Source: Octopus vulgaris (lineage: Eukaryota). Taken from it: a stretch of DNA of 64,000 nucleotides. Within the stretch, counting starts at the first letter, position 1. The number at the start of each line of letters is the position of its first letter. The notes under the pieces were generated by a model. The model ran no database searches. It was not told where the DNA came from and saw only the letters and a list, made by a program, of their open reading frames with translations. The stretch covers positions 18,972,001 through 19,036,000 of the forward strand of contig OX597821.1 in NCBI GenBank assembly GCA_951406725.2. Reading direction: 5' to 3'. This document shows, one piece after another, positions 56,852 through 64,000 of the stretch. Both the position numbers and the translations under genes were made by a program.

Positions 56852-56902
<51 letters not shown>

Positions 56903-56932
56903 ATAGTAGTAGTAGTGATGGAGGTGGTAGTG

Positions 56933-57262
56933 TGGAGGCGCAATGGCCTAGTGGTTAGGGCAGCGAACTCGCGGTCGGGGGATCGCGGTTTCGATTCCCA
57001 GACCGGGCGTTGTGTGTGTTTATTGAGCGAAAACACCTAAAAAGCTCCACGAGACTCCGGAAATGGGTGGGGGGTGGCGACCCCTGTTGTACTCTTTCGC
57101 CCCAACTTTCTCTCACCCTCTCTTCCTGTTTCTTGAATAACGCTGCGATGGACTGGCGTTCCGTCCAGCTGGAGGGGGGGAACACATACGCCACAGAAAC
57201 CGGAAAACCGGGCCCATGAACCTGCTTAGGCTTGAAAAGGGCACATAAATAAAAATAAATAA
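56933..57262 (+). mobile_element. tRNA-derived SINE (OK/OR-like head) with a third type of 3' tail
   Basis: Head shared with 14191, 17965 and 26911; tail ccgggcccatgaacc...aagggcacataaataaaaataaa. Confidence 0.82.
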
Positions 57263-57330
57263 ATGCGAAGGGTGATGGATGATGCAAGAGGGGTAGATGA
57301 AAGCTGGATGAAGTAGTAGCAGTAGTAGTG

Positions 57331-57378
<48 letters not shown>

Positions 57379-57709
57379 GTTGTAGTTGTAGTAGTAGTAA
57401 TGCAAGTGAGACAAGAGGAGATGGATGAAAGCTGACAGGTGACGTGCATTAAAAGGACAAAGTATGATTAAAAACATAATGGACGAAAATGGTTCTACCA
57501 TTACGAGTATTAGTATTAAAACCACCATCGCTATCACCACCATTATCATCCTCATCAGAACCTCTACCTATCGCCATTACAGGGATGCAACCACCAAGAC
57601 AATATATTCAACTACTACATATTCGCAGCGAAAATTACTACCACGTATTATTAACAAGAAAAACAAAAAAAAACGAAAAGTAACAGCAAAAACTACTACT
57701 GCTACTAAT

Positions 57710-57719
57710 GTTACGACTG

Positions 57720-57768
<49 letters not shown>

Positions 57769-57772
57769 CACC

Positions 57773-57810
<38 letters not shown>

Positions 57811-57889
57811 AACTACTACTACTACTACCACCACCACCACCACTACTACTACTACCACCACCACCACCACCACCACCACCACCACCACC

Positions 57890-57965
<76 letters not shown>

Positions 57966-57966
57966 T
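57710..57966. repeat. (ACT)n/(ACC)n microsatellite
   Basis: Read directly from sequence. Confidence 0.95.
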
Positions 57967-58265
57967 AGCCTGAAATAATTCTTCGCTTATTCGCAAATGT
58001 TTCCATCGTGTCTGATGATACTAATAGTGTGTTTGAAGTCATAAGTCGTTAATTAAAGACCCAAATGTTAATTACCATTGCAACTAGTTCAATCTAAATT
58101 TCTGTTATGATCAACTGCAGTGTCAGTCGAATAATCTTATCTAAAGTTTGTTGCCATGGAGACAATGACGATTACGTTTGCTGTTATGAAGTCGATAACG
58201 TTAACTTCATTGTTACGGAGACTATAAAGTGTTGGGCTGTTTCCACGGAGAAGATAAGGTTAATT

Positions 58266-58330
<65 letters not shown>

Positions 58331-58488
58331 ACAGAAGGTTAAGCTTGTTACCATGGAAGCAATTATATATTTCATGTCGTGGATTGTATAAAGATGAAGT
58401 TACGTAGGACGATCAAGATTTTTCAGTGTCTAAAAGATGTTGTTTCTGTGTGCCTGCGCGCGCGTGTGTGTGTGTGAGTGTGTTAAGA

Positions 58489-58605
<117 letters not shown>

Positions 58606-58699
58606 CTCTGTCTATGGACGTGCTGTCACTTCGACTCCGAAGGTAATCGTTTATTTTGACTATTCATAGCTCAATTTTTGTGTACATTTTTGTAAATAA

Positions 58700-61368
58700 G
58701 TTGTGTAAGGCACCCAACTTTCGTTTGAGTGCTTTTCCAAGGGAGGAATTCGCCCCTAGGGGCAGTTTCAACCCTATTTAATTTTTGTAATTTCTTTCTA
58801 GACATTTTCAAAATGTCAAGAAATTGTATTGTAGAACGATGGTCGCGTTCCTTTATCGACCAGCTTTCTCCTAGACTGGAAACGCTAGGAGAAAAAAAGA
58901 ATTTTTGCGCGCAAAGTAAAATCATCAATGACTTTGCAATGAACGCTACAACTACGTGTAGTAACAGACCTGTCACCAACACCGCCACTAGCAAGAACAA
59001 CATAGAGACTACTACTGTTACCACCACCGCCTTCACCACCACCACCACCACCACCGCCGCCACCTCATCCACTACCTCAACTACCAACAACAACAACAAT
59101 AACAATGACAACAAAAATAAAAATTGCGCCCCCATTTCGACATCTGCTGCCTCGGCTGTCTCTTCTGCCACTGACACCACCACCAACAACAAAAACAACA
59201 ATAACAACAACAACAATTCCGTTCAGACCTGTTTTACTTCAACAACAAGAACTGAAGTGAATAAACAAAAAACTGTAACCACCAAACAAATTGACAAAAG
59301 CTGCTCGAATACAGGGATAAATTATGAAAATAATTTTCCACCCCTTCCTACTTGCACAATCGAACCAAACACACCAATTTTACAAACTGCAGCCAACAAC
59401 AACATCACCACCAGCAACAACAATAACAAAACAACAACAAATTTCGCTGAGGCGATTAAAGAAAAAAAACAACAGTATATTTTACTGCTCAACAAATACA
59501 AGACACGAACATTACAATAACAGAATTAGATGGTATAGTGAAGATAAACATACCAGAAGAAATATTAGAAGATGAAAAAAAAAGAACAATTATTTATAAA
59601 ATAATTAATAAGAAAACAAAAAGTCCAGAGAAGGCTAACACAAGCAAAATAGAAAAATGCCTGAAACCCATCTGGAACTACAAAGACTATGTGACCTGGT
59701 GGAACAAGTTCGCACACATAAAAGTGGTTTTCCACACTGAAGAGTTAGCAAGACGTTTCTCAACGCTAACTCTTCATTCAGATGAACTTACATTAACACC
59801 AAGCTGTCGGGGACAGAAAGTGACTAAGATCACTTTAAACAATGTCCCAAAAATAGCTAATAATCTATGGCTAGTAAAGGCCTTATGTGTAAAAATGAAA
59901 AAAATTCACTATTTTGGAAACCACGGTCACGGAGCACAAAAACTGGGTGGGAAAAAAAGTAGAATTTCTACTACACATAAATCAAGAAGACATAAAAAAA
60001 AATACCCACCCAGATATGTGTATCAGAAGACCACAAGTTGTATGTGGTCGTCGATGGCAGAAGACCACGTTGCTACATATGCGGCAGTGAGCAACACCTA
60101 AAAAAAGACTGCAAATCTGCCGCAAGAAAACAACAGCAACAACAACAGCAGCCGGAAAAAACAAATAAACCAGGTTTACTACCCACACCACGTTTTGCAC
60201 GAACAAACCTCACCAACCAAACAACCACACCAACTGCAGCACCAAGAACAGAAGCAACATCACCAACAACAACAACCAAGAATAAACCAACTCCCAAACC
60301 AAGGACATCTGCCAAAAAGACACTCAGCGAAAATGAAGAAACAATTACAACTCCAAATCCCCACAAAATTGACACCCCAAACAACACAATACCTACAATC
60401 ACTCAAACACAAAATACCCACACCCCACCTCCAAAACCGCATACACCACAACCAAACGCTCACCAACCAACACCAACAACAAAATCAACACAGTCTACAA
60501 TAGACCCCAATATTTTCCCTCTTCCAAGCTCTGATTCTTCTGATTTGTTATTAGACGAAGAAGACACAGAAGATTGGCAAATAGCCACAGGGGGGAGAAG
60601 AAAAAGGGGAAAAAAAGAAAAGAAAAGATAACAAACAAAGCAGGAAGATACACCACTCCCGAAACAAAAAACATCCACAGAAAACAAACACATCAACACA
60701 AACACACCATCATCAAACCCCCCAACAATGTTGACAGCCATAAACACAAACAACCACGACTTAATGGAACACATTAGGTCAAACACCAACATAACTGAAA
60801 ACGACATAAAAACAAGTAACCACCCACGCACAACACCACCACAACACATTAAAATAATACACGTAACACAGAACACATACAGCACCCTGAAATCTCTTTA
60901 CCCTGATGCAGTAGGGAGATTTCAAAAGTATTCATCAAAAAAACTATACAAAAGCCTCATAGAAGAAGACCGTGAGGTGAAAGACAAAGGACTTTCGAAC
61001 AACAAGTAACCTTTTCTCTCTCTCTTTCCTTTTTTGCACTTTCTTTTCGTGTGTAAAACACAATTTTATCGGAACATGCTCAGAATAGGCAGTATAAATG
61101 TACGTGGCTTGGGGTCGCCTTGGAAACAAGGCAACCTGTTAAATGACATCAATCACTAAATCTGAATATCATAGCCATCAGTGAGACCAGACTCCACAGC
61201 TTGCGGGCACTCCAGCACATTTTCGGTACACATTTCAACATTTATTTTTCTCCGTGTCTACCGAGAATGGGCGGAGGTGGCACCGCGGTGCTTATCCGGA
61301 AGAGTCTGGATCTCAAAGTAAGAGCAAATTTCCTAGACCCGGAGGGTAGGCTGGTCGTTTTGGATGTT
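58700..61368 (+). mobile_element. 5' part of a Tx1/L1-like LINE: frameshifted ORF1 with CCHC knuckle, then the start of the APE endonuclease, truncated
   Basis: ORF1 pieces 58729-59520, 59538-60101 and 60038-60631 (CYICGSEQHLKKDC; WQIATGGRRK). From 61076: MLRIGSINVRGLG...IIAISETRL...GGGGTAVLIRK...DPEGRLVVLDV. Confidence 0.78.
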
Positions 61369-61941
61369 TTGGATCTTGAGATCGTTCCGATCCGGCCAGC
61401 CCCAAGGAAAAACTAAGCTACGAGCATTAGATTTCTTGGAAAAAGGTTCGAATGTATACGAAACAAGGACAAAAAAAAAAACGGATGACGCCACACGAAT
61501 ATAAATACAAAAAACAATAATAGTAATAACAGAACAAAAACAGCGGGTGTCTTACGACTTTAGACAGTTCAACTTAACTTAGCTGGCGTATTTGGAAAAA
61601 ATGCCTTTGCGGCAAACGAAGAAAATGATGTTGTCGTGGCAGTGGTCAGAAGCCGAAAAGCTAGTTGACCGGCGGTCAAGTGAGAGGAGAAGAGAGAGAA
61701 TAAAAGGGGGCAAAGGAATCAAAGAGAGAGAGAAAAAGAGGGACAAAGGCACCAAAGGGGGGAGAAGAGAGAGGAAGAAGGAATTAAAGAGGGGAGAAGA
61801 AAGAGAGCGTGCCAAGGATTGGCTTGGCGACAGAATCAGTGAGGTGCAAAGTGAGACAGACAGAGAAATATATATATATATACGTTTATATATTAGTTTT
61901 GCAAGATTTTTGATGTGAAATCGTGTGTTGAAACAGATATT

Positions 61942-62138
61942 GTTGTATTTAGGAATGGTCATTTTGCCAGTTTAGCCAATAAAAACACACGCACTATATA
62001 TTTGGTGTTAGTTTTGGTGGCCGAAATAAGATTACGATTAATGTAAAAAATAAATAACGCTGAAGATAAGTAACACCAAATATATAGTGCGTGTGTTTTA
62101 TTGGCTAAACTGGCCAAATGACCATTCCTAAATACAAC
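61942..62138. repeat. Inverted repeat with ~68-bp arms and a 60-bp spacer, abutting (TA)n
   Basis: 61942-62010 versus 62071-62138, nearly perfect. Confidence 0.8.
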
Positions 62139-62139
62139 G

Positions 62140-62206
<67 letters not shown>

Positions 62207-62936
62207 CAAATGTTGCAACTTCACGATCTTAACTATTCTACTGTTATACTGGCTATACGAACACAGCATTTCGTAGGGTCACATGCATTTTCAGCATGGT
62301 GAAATTGCAATACAATACAATTATCGGACATAAAATGGAGGTAGATAAAAAAAAAACATTAACAGATGCTCAATGTATGAAGTTTCTCACAAGAACGGAT
62401 GCTTAATTGTGGAGTTAAATTAAACTAAGGGCGTATAAAATGTACGAACTGTGTAAAAACGTGACTGATGACGTTTACACCAAGGTACCTGATTTCTTGA
62501 AACTCTAACGAGTAACGTATGGCGCCATAAAGTCTCCATAAACTCCATATTATCATGAATTGATTTCCCTCCTGTCTTTAAGGAGATAATTATATATTGA
62601 ACCAAGGTATTTTTTCAACAAGCGTCAAAATAATATATTTGCTAGAGCGAGCACGTTTAATGTGGTAAATGCAAAATGTAACTTACATACATACGAGTGT
62701 ATTCTGCTACATACATCACTTGATACACACGCATACACATCAGGCATCTACGTCTACGCACTGATGCCTGTGTTACACACACACACACACACCCAAGCGG
62801 GTCCATGTATCTGATGGTCCGCAAGTGCCTTAAAAAAACTGGCCAGATAGCAAGAAGCCACCGGTTTCCTGTCCAGAAATGCGGTCTAGAAAATCTAATT
62901 CTCAATGCATCCGTTGAGCCGAATCAAACTGTCTTA

Positions 62937-62981
<45 letters not shown>

Positions 62982-63033
62982 GCTACCAGTACTACTACTA
63001 CTACTACTACTACTGCTGCTGCTTCTGGTGCTG

Positions 63034-63093
<60 letters not shown>

Positions 63094-63129
63094 TACACAG
63101 AAACACACACACCGTCATCGTCGTCGGCA

Positions 63130-63590
63130 CCTACACATGTCAGAGCTTACTTCATCTGGTGCCGCTATGATGCTTAAACCTGACATGGCTCAGAAAACCA
63201 AGTTGGGAATGGAACAGACTCAGGCGTTAATCGCATGGCAGGGCGGGAGGTGGTTTTGGCTGGAGTTGCCGGGCCTTCTTTTTGCTTCATCTTCAGTTTT
63301 TCTCCTCTCCTCAAAAGTGGAACAACCAAACTGAATCGCTCTTCGCAAAGATGGATGGTTGGCGGCTTCTGTTTCCTTGGTGTCATAGCTGATGCTGGCT
63401 TCAAGGAGGGAAAACTTCAGTTAGTTTCTGAATCTACGTTTTGGAGCTTCTTGATGTTGTTTAACGTTATCGAGCCCGCTGTAAAGGATAGTCCGTGCGA
63501 GTCTTGAAGGAGCCGTTCGCACGACATATCCGGACCATGTGGAAGACTTCCTTGTTGATGTATCATCGCTCCTCCTATTTACTGTTAAAG
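63130..63590 (-). mobile_element. Degenerate RTE LINE 3' fragment
   Basis: WSGYVVRTAPSRLARTILYSGL...APKRRFRN. Confidence 0.6.
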
Positions 63591-63824
63591 ATCTGTATGT
63601 ATGTATTATATATTGACAGATACATTTATAGATACTTAGATAGATATATTTAGATATGAATACGTAATTACATATATACATGTATGTATATATACCCATA
63701 CACCAATTTATACATATGCATATATGTGTGCGCATGTGTGTGTATGCATACATGAATATGCATACACCTATATATGTGTAAGAATATATATGTTTATATA
63801 TACGCATATATATATGAATGTCTT

Positions 63825-64000
63825 CCGGGTACCACTCGACAACTGCGTGCGTCCACCGATTATCGGTGAGCCGGGCGACGTATCCAGCCCATCTATACTT
63901 GCTCCGTGTATACTCTGCGATGACATCTCTCACGCTGGACTTCTTTCAGATGATCTCGCTACTTATGAGATACCAAGCATTGACCTATCCATGGCTCTTT
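63825..64000 (-). mobile_element. RTE LINE fragment running off the window edge
   Basis: RDVIAEYTRSKYRWAGYVARLTDNRWTHAVVEWYP. Confidence 0.75.

Noticed and set aside
56933-57010. tRNA gene
   Set aside because: The A/B boxes belong to a multi-copy SINE head followed by SINE body; no proper cloverleaf or terminator.
61370-61415. Hammerhead at the point where the Tx1-like element is truncated
   Set aside because: Only a GAAC-gauc-UC resemblance; the core is too degenerate to support.

Overview
Eukaryotic, repeat-saturated 64 kb window with no recognisable host protein-coding gene. It is probably intronic or intergenic DNA of a coleoid cephalopod such as Octopus; this is inferred from the SINE types and the dense (TA)n, (TATG)n, (TATC)n, (TAA)n and (ACC)n microsatellites. 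Most ORFs in the track are microsatellite artefacts. The real coding signal is all transposon-derived: (1) a near full-length Penelope-like element (PLE; RT plus GIY-YIG) at ~1.4-4.4 kb; (2) a full-length 4.7 kb CR1/L2-group LINE inside a (TA)n tract, whose ORF1 combines a Myb/SANT-like domain with tandem CCCH zinc fingers; (3) a Naiad-like PLE with a 0.9 kb inverted arm, hammerhead ribozyme motifs, and a UUU-UAA-A +1 frame junction between RT and endonuclease that is present in both arms; (4) Tx1/L1-like, RTE and R4/Dong fragments, the last in (TAA)n arrays; (5) Tc1/mariner relics; and (6) several tRNA-derived SINE families. Other notable signals are a (TA)n-inserted element with a covarying multi-hairpin 3' end, many fold-back elements with hammerhead-like cores, and an inverted pair of degenerate acidic ORFs. 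All family assignments were made by eye from motifs; no searches were run.
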